A stretch of 52,600 nucleotides of DNA, taken from the IMG/VR virus record IMGVR_UViG_3300009537_000015, positions 1 to 52,600 of that record; one strand, written 5' to 3'. The translations under genes were made by a program, and so were the position numbers. The DNA is from a virus. Taxonomy: Duplodnaviria; Caudoviricetes. Below are positions 8,879 to 18,423 of this stretch, piece by piece (positions within the stretch are counted from its first letter, which is position 1; each line of letters begins with the position of its first letter). The notes beneath the pieces are model-generated. The model made no database searches, had not been told where the DNA came from, and saw only the letters and a program-made list of their open reading frames with translations.

Positions 8879-8936
8879 AATTGTACTCTGTGATCCCGGA
8901 ATTGTGCTCTGTGATCCGGGAAATGTGCTCTGTGAT
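8879..8936. repeat. three 21-bp-periodic direct repeats (iteron-like)
   Basis: AATTGTACTCTGTGATCCCGG / AATTGTGCTCTGTGATCCGGG / AAATGTGCTCTGTGAT. Confidence 0.85.
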
Positions 8937-8998
8937 ATATCACCACGTGAGAGAGAAGCCGCAACACGTTGTAACAACATGAGATAAGCGTGGCCTAT

Positions 8999-9042
8999 GC
9001 TGTGGACAAGCTGGGGACAAGCTGTGGATAAGCTGTGGACCC
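8999..9042. repeat. four 11-bp tandem repeats containing DnaA-box-like 9-mers
   Basis: TGTGGACAA (9001), TGGGGACAA (9012), TGTGGATAA (9023, reverse complement of TTATCCACA), TGTGGACCC (9034). Confidence 0.8.
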
Positions 9043-9246
9043 GTGGGTGGCCGACCTGGAATTTGGGGGCCTGTGTGGAAAGTTAATGTTAATTATCACC
9101 ACCAGAGTGTATGAGTAGGTATCCTTTTTCAGAATGGCCCCCCCGTATTTTAGAGTATTGTACAGTATTATACAGTGATATATAGCAGGAGTTAACATGG
9201 CGCACCGTGTGGCGTGTTATAAGATGTTATAAGAAGTTAGGAGTTT

Positions 9247-10659
9247 ATGGGACAAGAGGAAGAGATATTATACGCCTTACAGAAGTTAGAGGAGGCGGAG
9301 AACAACAGGATCAAGAATTTCGGGATAGAGGCCTACATTCCGAACAAGCATCAATTTAACGCGCACATTCATCCGGCGAGAACCATTTTACTGATTGGGG
9401 GGAACAGAATTGGAAAATCCACGTATGGGGCGGCGGAACTCACTTTTCACGTCACGAGAAATTACCCGGATTGGTATCCACAGGAGAAGAGGTTTAAGGG
9501 CCCGATTAAAGGTGCAATATCGGCAACGCGATTTCAGACGGTTCAGACCGTTATCGAGCCGAAACTTTTCACTTTCCTCCCCCGAGACTATTACAAATAT
9601 AAAAGAACTGCTCAGGGTTACTTACAGAGGGTCGTGTGTAAAGACGGGTCAACTATCGACATTTTGACTCAAGAAATGAAGAACGAGGCTTATGAGTCGA
9701 TGGACTGGGATTTTATCTGGTGCGACGAGCCTCAGAGTCAGTTCAAGTATCAGGCCATGAGACGCGGTCTTGTGGATCGCATGGGTCGGATGGTCATGAC
9801 TTTCACACCTCTTACTGAGCCTTGGATGAAAGATGAGTTAGTTGATAAGGCTGACGGTAAGAAAATGAAGGTCTTTACCGTCGATATCAGGGAGAATAAA
9901 TTTGACATTAAAGGCAATCCCATTTTGTCTGAGGAAGCGATTCAGGACTTTGAGGAGTCCCTTCCCGAAGACATTAAAGAGGCCCGTTTACACGGCCAAT
10001 TCTTACACTTAAGAGGCACGGTTTATAAGGAATTTTCCGATGTTCATGTTGATCCTGACCTTCGTTACAATCCTGGTGATCCTGTGGTTTGTGTCTTAGA
10101 CCCGCACGACAGACAGCCTCACCATCTTATTTGGGCTTCGGTTGACCGCGATGACGACATCTACGTCTTGGAAGAGATGATGATCCATTGTGAATTAGAG
10201 ACTTTAGCCAAGCGAATCCGCGCTTTTGAGAAGGCCCATAAATTCAGGATGTGGAAACGCCTCATTGACCCTAATTTCGGCCGAAAACCCGCCAAACCCG
10301 GTGTAAATACGTCCGTTATCAAGGAATTGGGTCGATATGGCGCGTCTTTTTACGAGTCAGACGATAACATTGAACTCGGACACATGGTGGTCAGGGAATA
10401 CCTTCATTACGACCTTCAAAAGCCCGTCACGGCGGTAAATAAACCAAAACTGTTCTTCCACGCCAAATGTGTGGAGACCATAAAAAGCATGAGGAACCTC
10501 CAATATGATGAATGGAAAGGAGATGATGAAAAATCTCCTAAAGAACTGGAAAAACAAAAAGACACCCACGGAGCCGACTGCATCAGATATCTCTGCGTCT
10601 CCAAACCAAGATGGTTCTCCCACAGAAGAGAAGAGGAACAAACGGAACCGGCCTACTAA
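9247..10659 (+). CDS. terL: terminase large subunit
   Basis: Walker A GGNRIGKS, Walker B FIWCDEP, motif III TFTP, nuclease domain with LDPH and DCIRY. Confidence 0.95.
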   Translation: MGQEEEILYALQKLEEAENNRIKNFGIEAYIPNKHQFNAHIHPARTILLIGGNRIGKSTYGAAELTFHVTRNYPDWYPQEKRFKGPIKGAISATRFQTVQTVIEPKLFTFLPRDYYKYKRTAQGYLQRVVCKDGSTIDILTQEMKNEAYESMDWDFIWCDEPQSQFKYQAMRRGLVDRMGRMVMTFTPLTEPWMKDELVDKADGKKMKVFTVDIRENKFDIKGNPILSEEAIQDFEESLPEDIKEARLHGQFLHLRGTVYKEFSDVHVDPDLRYNPGDPVVCVLDPHDRQPHHLIWASVDRDDDIYVLEEMMIHCELETLAKRIRAFEKAHKFRMWKRLIDPNFGRKPAKPGVNTSVIKELGRYGASFYESDDNIELGHMVVREYLHYDLQKPVTAVNKPKLFFHAKCVETIKSMRNLQYDEWKGDDEKSPKELEKQKDTHGADCIRYLCVSKPRWFSHRREEEQTEPAY

Positions 10660-10660
10660 C

Positions 10661-11158
10661 ATTGCGAGAAAATTCGATTATGAGCACGTTCATTACGTTC
10701 TCATGCAATTAATTCATGTCGGCAGGATTGTCAAGATCCGTGAGAACTTTGAGGAGAAATTCGGCATTTCCATAAGCCGTGATAAAATATACGACATAAA
10801 GAAAAACAAAGAGTACGAAGCGACCTACATCAAACTCAAAGAGGAATACGAGAAAGGGCTCGCCAAAGAATACATGGTTTCTAAAAGAAACCGAATCTCC
10901 GCGAAAACCGAGATCTACGAAGAGGCAATGGAAAAAGGGAACTTAGCGCAAGCCTCGAAAGAAGTCAAGGATATCGACGACATGCTTGAGAAACGCGCCA
11001 CATTCGGCGTGTCGGGAGAAAACGTTCAAATCAACCTTTATCAAGACATGAAACTTGATGAAATCCGCGAAGAAAAACTTAAACTTTTAGAAAAACTAGA
11101 AAAACTCAAAGGAGATCCATCGTGCCAAAGGGGACCGGATACGGAACAAAGCAAGTAA
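10661..11158 (+). CDS. putative terminase small subunit (DUF2280-like); start uncertain
   Basis: helical HTH-like N-terminus and SKRNRI..IYEEA segment resembling DUF2280; lies between terL and portal. Confidence 0.5.
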   Translation: MARKFDYEHVHYVLMQLIHVGRIVKIRENFEEKFGISISRDKIYDIKKNKEYEATYIKLKEEYEKGLAKEYMVSKRNRISAKTEIYEEAMEKGNLAQASKEVKDIDDMLEKRATFGVSGENVQINLYQDMKLDEIREEKLKLLEKLEKLKGDPSCQRGPDTEQSK

Positions 11159-11211
11159 AATCAACCTCAAAACCGCCCAAACAAGCAAGAAAGAGCGGGA
11201 AAAAGAAATGA
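11122..11211 (+). CDS. small basic protein (MPKGTGYGTK..., 29 aa)
   Basis: read by hand; GTG start with AAGGAG SD, Lys-rich. Confidence 0.5.
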   Translation: MPKGTGYGTKQVKSTSKPPKQARKSGKKK

Positions 11212-11327
11212 CCGAAAAAGAGTTCTATGAAATGGATTTAAAAGGCCAGATCAAGACGATCATGTCCGTAAAATGTGTTCGCGACTCAATCATCAAGGAA
11301 AAAAAGAAAAAGAAAAATGCCAAGTAG
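11208..11327 (+). CDS. small hypothetical protein (39 aa)
   Basis: read by hand; ATGA overlap with the previous ORF and overlaps the portal start. Confidence 0.4.
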   Translation: MTEKEFYEMDLKGQIKTIMSVKCVRDSIIKEKKKKKNAK

Positions 11328-13560
11328 AGACATTAGAGATCAACGCGAAGAAGAGCCTGAAGAAGAAACCGTAAACCCATTAAGGGGCAAGCTTCAGCTT
11401 AAGATTGATGAAAATATGGAGCGTCGATTGGTTGAGATTATTCGCTCCGATTATGACGCCGCCAAACAGGCCAGGAACGATAAAGATTACGGCATTTCCT
11501 CTAAGGGTGAGAAACTGAACTTCACCTCCTGGTACAGGGGTCTTAAAGATCTCTACAATGCTCGTCGGGAACCAAAGACCGTTCCTTGGAAGTTCGCGTC
11601 TAATCGCTCCCTTCGACTGGCAACGGCGATTGTTGACACAATTCATGCCAGGATTTACCCGACCATCGTAAATCAGGAACTCCTGAAATGGAATCCCGGT
11701 GAGGTCAAGGACACCCCGAAGGTTGACAGGATCGACAAACTGATGAACTGGTGGGTTTGGGTCCGCTCGAAGATGCAGGGGTTTTTTGATATTTGGCTAA
11801 AGACCTGCGTCGGGTTCGGAGACGCAATGACGGAGACGATTTGGGTAAAAGACATTGTTTCAGTCGGTTCAACCATTCAGATCCCGATTCAAGACGAGAC
11901 TGGCCAACCTGTCGTCAACGAGGAAACGGGACAACCCGAAACAATGCCTATTAAAGACATTCGTTTTGAGGAGAAAACAGCATCAAGAATCTACATGCGC
12001 GATCAGGTCTTTCTTCAGGAAGGATCAAAAGACATTCAGAAAGAGCCCGTAATTTTAGAAGACGAAATTCTCTACAGAGATCTTTTACAGGGCGAAGATG
12101 AGGGATTGTTTGTAAATGTATCTACCGTTCTTAGAAACCGCATCCCAGTCGAGAGCGTTCCTGGCCAGACAGAGGAGGAGCGCGAAAGGCTCCGAGACAT
12201 TAAGCTCAGGAACAAAAAGGTCAAGATCCAGAAATGGTACTCTGATTTTGATTCCGATGGTGACGGTTTCGCTGAATGCGTTCGCGTTATCGTTTCCCTC
12301 GAACATGACGTCTATCTTGGCGGGATTCAATGTTCAAATCTTACGAAATCGGGAAAGAAACCGCTTCACTATCAAAAATTAGATAACAGGTTGGACAGAC
12401 CTGAAGAAAATGACGGAGAGGGTATAATTGAGAAAATTAAAGAGTTGGCGGAAGAAATTGACGCAATCTTTAATCAGTTAACCGACGCAAATACCCTCTC
12501 CATCCTTCGCCCCATGTTTTATGATCCAGGGGGAGACCTTGATGCTCCCGTATTAAAACTGGCTCCAAACAGGGGTATCCCCGTATCAGATCCTCAGAGG
12601 AACGTTCTTTTCCCCGACATTTCCGTTGACATTTCTAGGCTTATTGAGGCGATAAGACTTGTCCTTGAATTTGTTGAGCGCTTGACCGCTGCTTCGGCTT
12701 TTGTGTTCGGCAAAGAGGGCGAGTTCGCGGGTGGGAGCGGTACGGCGACACGAACAAACGCAATCCTCCAGAGCGCCGAAACACGATTTGCGAGACCCGC
12801 TGAACGCTTGCGTAGCGGAACGGCTGAGATCATCAAACAGCACTTGGACATGCTTCAACTCAATATTCCCCCAGGTCTTGAGACCAGGGTTCTCGGTGAG
12901 AAGGGTGAGCCTGTATTTGACACCAATGAATTGACAAAAGACGGCATTTCAGGGGAGTTTGATGCTTATCTGTTACCCGACCCCTCAATGGGTTCTAAGC
13001 AGTTGACCAGAGATTTGTCAATGATGTTTTATCAGCTTTTATTGCAGAACCCGTTGGTTGGGAGTGATCCTGTCAAGATTTACAAGATTACGGCAGATCT
13101 ACTGAAGTCTTGGGACAAAAATCCTGAAGAATTCCTCGGCCCCGCCCCGACCGCAGACGATATTGACAGTCCCGAAGATGAGAATACATTGATTGTACAG
13201 GGCGACTTCACGAGAGTCAGAGCCCAAATTACAGAAAATCACATTCACCACATTCAACAGCACATGGCGTTAATCCAATCCCCGTCACTTGCTCAGATGC
13301 CCCCGCATTTTATTGAACAGGTTGTTCAGTTCACGCAGGCGCACATTCAGGAGCATCAACAACAACTCCAACTTATGATTGGAATAGCACAGAAATTCGG
13401 AGGCGGTGGTGGAGCATCTAATGGACCAAACGCAAGAGGAGAAGGACCTAACGATCCAAGCTCTCAGGGAAATGACGGCCAGCCCGGGTTGGCGGAAGCT
13501 ACTGGCGCGGCTGGACAAACTCTCACAACAAAGAGAGACGGTGAAAGCAGGGCAACTTAG
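11317..13560 (+). CDS. portal protein (podovirus/P22-like)
   Basis: size and position after terminase; GEGIIE..E..EE...NQ..D and TATRTN motifs; Q-rich C-terminal barrel. Confidence 0.88.
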   Translation: MPSRDIRDQREEEPEEETVNPLRGKLQLKIDENMERRLVEIIRSDYDAAKQARNDKDYGISSKGEKLNFTSWYRGLKDLYNARREPKTVPWKFASNRSLRLATAIVDTIHARIYPTIVNQELLKWNPGEVKDTPKVDRIDKLMNWWVWVRSKMQGFFDIWLKTCVGFGDAMTETIWVKDIVSVGSTIQIPIQDETGQPVVNEETGQPETMPIKDIRFEEKTASRIYMRDQVFLQEGSKDIQKEPVILEDEILYRDLLQGEDEGLFVNVSTVLRNRIPVESVPGQTEEERERLRDIKLRNKKVKIQKWYSDFDSDGDGFAECVRVIVSLEHDVYLGGIQCSNLTKSGKKPLHYQKLDNRLDRPEENDGEGIIEKIKELAEEIDAIFNQLTDANTLSILRPMFYDPGGDLDAPVLKLAPNRGIPVSDPQRNVLFPDISVDISRLIEAIRLVLEFVERLTAASAFVFGKEGEFAGGSGTATRTNAILQSAETRFARPAERLRSGTAEIIKQHLDMLQLNIPPGLETRVLGEKGEPVFDTNELTKDGISGEFDAYLLPDPSMGSKQLTRDLSMMFYQLLLQNPLVGSDPVKIYKITADLLKSWDKNPEEFLGPAPTADDIDSPEDENTLIVQGDFTRVRAQITENHIHHIQQHMALIQSPSLAQMPPHFIEQVVQFTQAHIQEHQQQLQLMIGIAQKFGGGGGASNGPNARGEGPNDPSSQGNDGQPGLAEATGAAGQTLTTKRDGESRAT

Positions 13561-13678
13561 AATACCAACGCAGGAAAGCCTTATGATGGCAATGTATCAC
13601 CAGGGCTTTCTTGACGGGGTCGGATCTATAACTCGAACAGCATCCAAGATGCTCAAAGATTCGGCCAAAGAAGAATAG
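13421..13678 (+). CDS. small conserved protein following the portal
   Basis: MTASPGW..L motif and YHQGFLDG; usual position after podovirus portals. Confidence 0.6.
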   Translation: MDQTQEEKDLTIQALREMTASPGWRKLLARLDKLSQQRETVKAGQLRIPTQESLMMAMYHQGFLDGVGSITRTASKMLKDSAKEE

Positions 13679-13716
13679 GTGATACAATTATTTTAACCCC
13701 CGTTAAGGAGAAAAAA

Positions 13717-14511
13717 ATGCCTGGTGATCCAGAGGAAGAACCGAGAATAGAAGAAGCGCCCGAACCTCAGGCGGAAAATGAAGAGGTAAATTTATCTGAT
13801 GAGCCGCAAAGGAAAGATCCGAGCGACTCAGAAAAGCTACTCTTAGAGATGAAGAAAATGCAGTCTCGAAACGAGTATCTTAACAGACAGTTACAAAAAG
13901 CTCTTAGCGAGAAGGCCTCTCAGCCGGAACCCGAACCCGCTCAGGACGAGGGTAACGACGACGAGTACGACAGTCTCGCGCAGAAAGACTGGAAGGCGGC
14001 TGTTCGTAAACTTGCTGACGAAGAGGCGAAAAGGATTCTTGAAGAAGAGCGCAAGAAGTTAACTGAGCAACAAAAAATTGCTCAGACAAACCAAACCCTG
14101 GAACAATCGAAACAATTTGTTAGGGATCGTTATCCTGACCTTGATGATGATTCTAGCGAGATTTCCCAGGCTTATATGCAGATCTTGAATAATAATCCTG
14201 ATTTGCTTACTAACCCCCACGGCCCAAAGCTTGCCATGTATGAGATGGAAGAGCTTTACCGTAGGGAAGGTCGAACCCCCCCGGCATACCGCGAGCAGAT
14301 AAAAGATGAAGCTCAGCAGGAAGTCGAGAGGAGATTAAGAACAACTGCGGCAAATACGCCGCAAGGCCGCAAATCGGGTGACGACGCAGTAGTCATTCCG
14401 AAGCGCGAGATTGAAGCCGCTAAGGCTGCAGGAATCCCGATTAAGGAGTATGCGAAGCATTACAAACTTAGTCAAAAGGATTTCAGAGAAGGAGTGTCCG
14501 TCGATGAGTAA
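13717..14511 (+). CDS. capsid scaffolding protein
   Basis: acidic coiled-coil protein between portal and capsid; C-terminal AKAAGIP..EYAK; AAGGAG SD. Confidence 0.75.
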   Translation: MPGDPEEEPRIEEAPEPQAENEEVNLSDEPQRKDPSDSEKLLLEMKKMQSRNEYLNRQLQKALSEKASQPEPEPAQDEGNDDEYDSLAQKDWKAAVRKLADEEAKRILEEERKKLTEQQKIAQTNQTLEQSKQFVRDRYPDLDDDSSEISQAYMQILNNNPDLLTNPHGPKLAMYEMEELYRREGRTPPAYREQIKDEAQQEVERRLRTTAANTPQGRKSGDDAVVIPKREIEAAKAAGIPIKEYAKHYKLSQKDFREGVSVDE

Positions 14512-15079
14512 GACGAGAGAAGAGTCACCAGAACCAGAACAAAAGGTTGAACCTGCAATTCAACCGACGCCCCCTGTCGTTCCACAGGAGCCTAGAACCG
14601 AACGCATTTTATTGTCGGACGTAGACGCTTACGTTGCGGACAGGATGAAGTCACAGCCGAAGACGATTGAAGAAGTCGAGTCTTTGGTTAAAGAAGATGT
14701 TGGTGATAAACCGCATCGTCTAACACTTCCTCCCGAATTAGATGCGTATAGGAAAAAATTTGCCTTTCGGTGGCTATTCAAGCACAAACAGAACCTAGAT
14801 TATCAATGCGACGCCCGAGGATGGGTCTTAGTTAATAGACGCCATTTCGGAGAATTGCCGGAACACTTGTTTTCGGTAAATGGTTCCATTGAGCGGGGTG
14901 ATACTATTTTAGCTTTTATGCCCGTTCAAAAAGCAGAAGTCCTAAGAGAGGAACCGGGACAACAATCAATCGCAGCGATTCAGGGTCTGATGGAAAAACA
15001 CAAGAACAACCCCGCTTTCTACGCTCCTGAAGAAGTAAGAAAAACTGACGAGCTTGGAAACAAGGGGGTTATGATTTAA
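14504..15079 (+). CDS. conserved head-region protein
   Basis: FRW..GW.LV and RGDTILAFMP motifs; AAGGAG SD. Confidence 0.65.
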   Translation: MSKTREESPEPEQKVEPAIQPTPPVVPQEPRTERILLSDVDAYVADRMKSQPKTIEEVESLVKEDVGDKPHRLTLPPELDAYRKKFAFRWLFKHKQNLDYQCDARGWVLVNRRHFGELPEHLFSVNGSIERGDTILAFMPVQKAEVLREEPGQQSIAAIQGLMEKHKNNPAFYAPEEVRKTDELGNKGVMI

Positions 15080-15090
15080 GGAGAATATAA

Positions 15091-15708
15091 ATGGCAAACG
15101 ACGATGAAATTTCCGCACGCGGCGGTTTGTTGCCTGTAACGATGCCACACGGTAATATCCGTACCGGTCTCTACAAGGTGACAACTAATGCGACAGTGGG
15201 ATTCTTTATTGGTCAGCCCGTTGATCTTGACGCAAATGGCGGTGTTGTCGGTGCAGGTGTTACCGACGCGGCGTTTTTGCTCGGGTCTATTGTTGGGTTC
15301 ACCGATAATGAAAAAGCTCAATTGCCGTCCTCTTTAAACGATCTTACTGTTGGTCCGAGCCTTCCTGCCAATACGGATGGGTTCGCAATTGTTGCGGACG
15401 ATCCGAATCAAATCTTCCAAATTCAGGAAGATACTGGCGGATCGGCTTTAACTCGCAGTAATGTCGGGAATACGGCGCACTTTGTTCCGCGCACATCAAG
15501 TGGCAACACGACTACAGGGTATTCAACCGCAGAGTTGGATCGTAGCACGGCTGCCGCTGATACGGGCGGATCGCTGACCATTCTCGGTCTGGTTGATCGT
15601 ATGAATTCGGACGGTACTGATAATGACTTTGGAAACTTTGCGAAACTTCGCGTCAAGATCTTTCAGCATAGACTTGCTCATAGTTCTTGGCAGAGTCCCG
15701 CAATCTAA
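15091..15708 (+). CDS. capsid decoration/cement protein
   Basis: MAN..GL.PV start, V.DDP...F..Q motif, immediately before the major capsid gene. Confidence 0.7.
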   Translation: MANDDEISARGGLLPVTMPHGNIRTGLYKVTTNATVGFFIGQPVDLDANGGVVGAGVTDAAFLLGSIVGFTDNEKAQLPSSLNDLTVGPSLPANTDGFAIVADDPNQIFQIQEDTGGSALTRSNVGNTAHFVPRTSSGNTTTGYSTAELDRSTAAADTGGSLTILGLVDRMNSDGTDNDFGNFAKLRVKIFQHRLAHSSWQSPAI

Positions 15709-15720
15709 CGGAGGACCTAA

Positions 15721-16641
15721 ATGAATAGAGCACAATTCAATAAATCAATCGTGCCTGGGCTCTTTGCGTTAGCGAAGTCATCGTATTCGTTGAAAAGTTC
15801 AGAAGCGATCTGGCGAAAGCTTGCGAAGGTTGCAAACTCTAATCGTGCATACGAAGAGGGCGCATACTTTGCAGGACTCGGGCTTCCTGTCGTAAAACCC
15901 GAAGGCCAGGAAATTACATACGACGATCATGTGCAGGGACCCACGAAACGGTGGAACCATCGCACCTATGGATTGGGAACCACGATCACTGAAGAATTGA
16001 TCGAGGACTCTCTCTATGGTGAGGTGCCGACCTCTATGCAGCAGCAAGTTAAAGAGATCGGTGACAGTTTCGCTGAACTTTGGGAAATCCTGGTTCATGA
16101 TATTTTCAATAACGGAACTAACACCAATAATCACACGGACGGTGAAGGTAATGCCATTTTCGGAACGACGCACACGCGGCTTCGGGGCGGAACATGGTCG
16201 AACCTTCTTACGCCCGCGTCTGATCTCTCCGCCACGGCGTTACAGACGGTGATCCAGGAATTTACGACGCAAAAAAATGATTCTGGAAAATTCCAAATCA
16301 TTAAGCCGAAAATCATGCTGGTTCATCCTAATAACGCTTGGAAGACATGGGAACTTTTGGAATCGAATTTCGATCCTGAAAGTGCGAACAACTCCATTAA
16401 TTCCATTCGTAAGTGGGGTCTTCAGCCGATGATTTCTCCGTTCTACACGGACACTGATGCTTTTACGCTTATTGCAGAGCCGTCTGACCCGAATTCGGGT
16501 ATTCGCGCCTACATGCGTAGAAAAGTCACGTTCGCTCAGGACGGTGATTTCGATACTGGTGATATGAAGTTCAAGGGAACGGCTCGTTTTTCTGTGGAAG
16601 TGAACAAGGCTAACAACATGTTTCACTCTGCGGGTGCCTAA
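15721..16641 (+). CDS. major capsid protein (Mu gpT-like)
   Basis: RAQF.K...PGL, S.RAYEE, KPEG..I.YD, ITEE.IED, DFDTG..KFK...RFS; GGAGG SD. Confidence 0.9.
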   Translation: MNRAQFNKSIVPGLFALAKSSYSLKSSEAIWRKLAKVANSNRAYEEGAYFAGLGLPVVKPEGQEITYDDHVQGPTKRWNHRTYGLGTTITEELIEDSLYGEVPTSMQQQVKEIGDSFAELWEILVHDIFNNGTNTNNHTDGEGNAIFGTTHTRLRGGTWSNLLTPASDLSATALQTVIQEFTTQKNDSGKFQIIKPKIMLVHPNNAWKTWELLESNFDPESANNSINSIRKWGLQPMISPFYTDTDAFTLIAEPSDPNSGIRAYMRRKVTFAQDGDFDTGDMKFKGTARFSVEVNKANNMFHSAGA

Positions 16642-16654
16642 CCTGTGGTGTAAT

Positions 16655-16676
16655 GGGGGGAGCTTCGGCTCCCCCC
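16655..16676 (+). terminator. GC-rich UUCG hairpin after the capsid gene (terminator or mRNA-stabilising)
   Basis: GGGGGGAGC-TTCG-GCTCCCCCC; no clear U-tract. Confidence 0.55.
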
Positions 16677-16724
16677 CATCCTTAACGCAAGCCGCTTTCT
16701 TTAGTGCGGTAAAAGGGAGATAAG

Positions 16725-17153
16725 ATGTCAAATCCTACAAGATTCCCGGGAGGAATCAGTTTTATTTTGCCTCATTCCGAAGCTCGGAGCGGGGCGTTTA
16801 CATTTGTTGCGGGAGACACAACGCCAAGCGTTGCTGATGGTTCTTTGTTTTTTGCTGCAAATTCTGGAGTTACTGTATCTAAGTTTGACGGTGGGGAAAA
16901 GGGAAAAGTTATTTGGGTTTACGATCAGTTTGGGTTGCTGACTTTTGCGACCGGCGGACAGATTGTTTTAGCACCGACCCCCAGAACCACCACTGAAGGA
17001 TTGGCTATTAATACTGGCGCAACGATGCAGGTTGACGGAAGTGGCGCGACCACGACAGAAGTTACAGCGTCCTTGACGATGGCTTCTGATCAGGTGGTTA
17101 CGTTTCTTTTCACCGATTCTGCGCGATGTGTTCAGATTAACAAGCCTCAGTAA
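16725..17153 (+). CDS. putative virion protein
   Basis: PTRFPGG N-terminus typical of post-capsid genes; beta-rich and Thr-rich. Confidence 0.65.
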   Translation: MSNPTRFPGGISFILPHSEARSGAFTFVAGDTTPSVADGSLFFAANSGVTVSKFDGGEKGKVIWVYDQFGLLTFATGGQIVLAPTPRTTTEGLAINTGATMQVDGSGATTTEVTASLTMASDQVVTFLFTDSARCVQINKPQ

Positions 17154-17731
17154 TGGCTAATTTCAGAGACCACACAAGAAGGGGTCAGTCGCGGTTTAAG
17201 AAAAGAAACAGTGACAGATCGGGTTTTACCTTTTTGGAACGTGAACTAATTAGAGATAATGGTTCACTTGTTGGTCCTGAAGAATTTGATTCCCCCCCTC
17301 CGTCCAATGAACCGCTTGGTGGAGAGGGGGACATTTCCCCCGGTGATGTTCGCGCAAACGATCAAAGCACCGAGACCCCTGATGACAAGAAGATTCCCAT
17401 CCAGTACGTAACGGCCGGAGGTGGCGTTACGGCAACTAGGAAGGTTTACAATTCCAGTCAGGAGGTTCTTTCTAGTAACTTCATACACATTGTTGGTTCC
17501 AACCAAACCGTTGATATTACAGCAAACCCTCAAATTTCTGCAGGTTCAGAGGGTGACAAATTAACTCTTTTGTGCGTGGGTTCTAACGTTATATTAAACG
17601 ACGGAAATGGTTTGAGTCTGAGAAAAACGTTTAACATGGATTCGGGAGCAATTATAAATCTTTACTACACAAGCGCGAACACGGTTTGGCACGAGCTTTC
17701 AAGGGGGCATCAGCACAGGAGTTTTGTTTAG
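17153..17731 (+). CDS. putative virion protein
   Basis: SDRSGF..LVG.EE N-terminal module fused to a beta-rich domain ending W.ELSR. Confidence 0.6.
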   Translation: MANFRDHTRRGQSRFKKRNSDRSGFTFLERELIRDNGSLVGPEEFDSPPPSNEPLGGEGDISPGDVRANDQSTETPDDKKIPIQYVTAGGGVTATRKVYNSSQEVLSSNFIHIVGSNQTVDITANPQISAGSEGDKLTLLCVGSNVILNDGNGLSLRKTFNMDSGAIINLYYTSANTVWHELSRGHQHRSFV

Positions 17732-18030
17732 TGACAATTTATGAATACACGACAAGCCTCACAGCAAAGCTAGGTTCTGTCGCGTCCTCAACTCTAAACA
17801 TCCCTGGGGGTCTTCTTAGACACGTTTTAGTAAGGGCGAACACAGACACGACTCAATTTTTATTATCTATAAGCAACAGCAGAAGTGATAACGTTGTGGA
17901 TTACGGGGTTCATACTTGTGAGGTAAACGACTGGGACATTACGCTCCCCGTAACTGGGGTTTATACGGTAACAATAAAAAACGCATCTAAAGACGACACC
18001 TTTAGGATTCAACTGGGGATACAGGAATGA
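17731..18030 (+). CDS. putative virion protein, paralog of 20334-20636
   Basis: GTG start, MTIYEY...TLNIPGGLL..VLVRA.TDTT.F. Confidence 0.7.
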   Translation: MTIYEYTTSLTAKLGSVASSTLNIPGGLLRHVLVRANTDTTQFLLSISNSRSDNVVDYGVHTCEVNDWDITLPVTGVYTVTIKNASKDDTFRIQLGIQE

Positions 18031-18203
18031 TTTGGAGAGACAGAAAAAAAGATTACATGGACGGTTTTAAGGATGGATTTTTGAAAGCTTGGGACCAGAT
18101 GATGCCTTTGATGTTAGAGGGCGTAGAGTTACAAAAAAAACAAATATATAAATTGGCAATAGAGGAAAACTTGAGGTCAATGTCTGATGGGGACAAACTT
18201 TAA
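18027..18203 (+). CDS. 58-aa protein, paralog of the C-terminus of 20584-21087
   Basis: read by hand: ...GFLKAWDQMMPL...AIEENLRSMSDGDKL; overlaps both neighbours. Confidence 0.65.
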   Translation: MIWRDRKKDYMDGFKDGFLKAWDQMMPLMLEGVELQKKQIYKLAIEENLRSMSDGDKL

Positions 18204-18423
18204 ATTCGCCAAACCAACCTTAAATAGGGACGGGACAACGGATTCTATTCCGTTTTTGGGTAGGGTTGTGGTCAGCCAGTCCGGCGGTTATGAGGTTTTA
18301 AATTTGGGCTTAGACATTTATACAAGATTGCGACACATAGAGCAAGAGCTAAAGAAAGCTAATATTTATCACGCCGTCGCAAATGACTTTGTTGTTGAAA
18401 ACGCTGACGTGGAGGTTGATTAA
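18187..18423 (+). CDS. hypothetical protein
   Basis: 78-aa ORF in a tightly packed operon. Confidence 0.6.
   Translation: MGTNFKFAKPTLNRDGTTDSIPFLGRVVVSQSGGYEVLNLGLDIYTRLRHIEQELKKANIYHAVANDFVVENADVEVD

Noticed and set aside
8879-9042. Possible CRISPR array
   Set aside because: Repeats are contiguous with no unique spacers, and no cas genes are present
8995-9198. 67-aa minus-strand ORF in the switch region
   Set aside because: Runs through the DnaA-box repeats with no recognisable protein features; probably incidental
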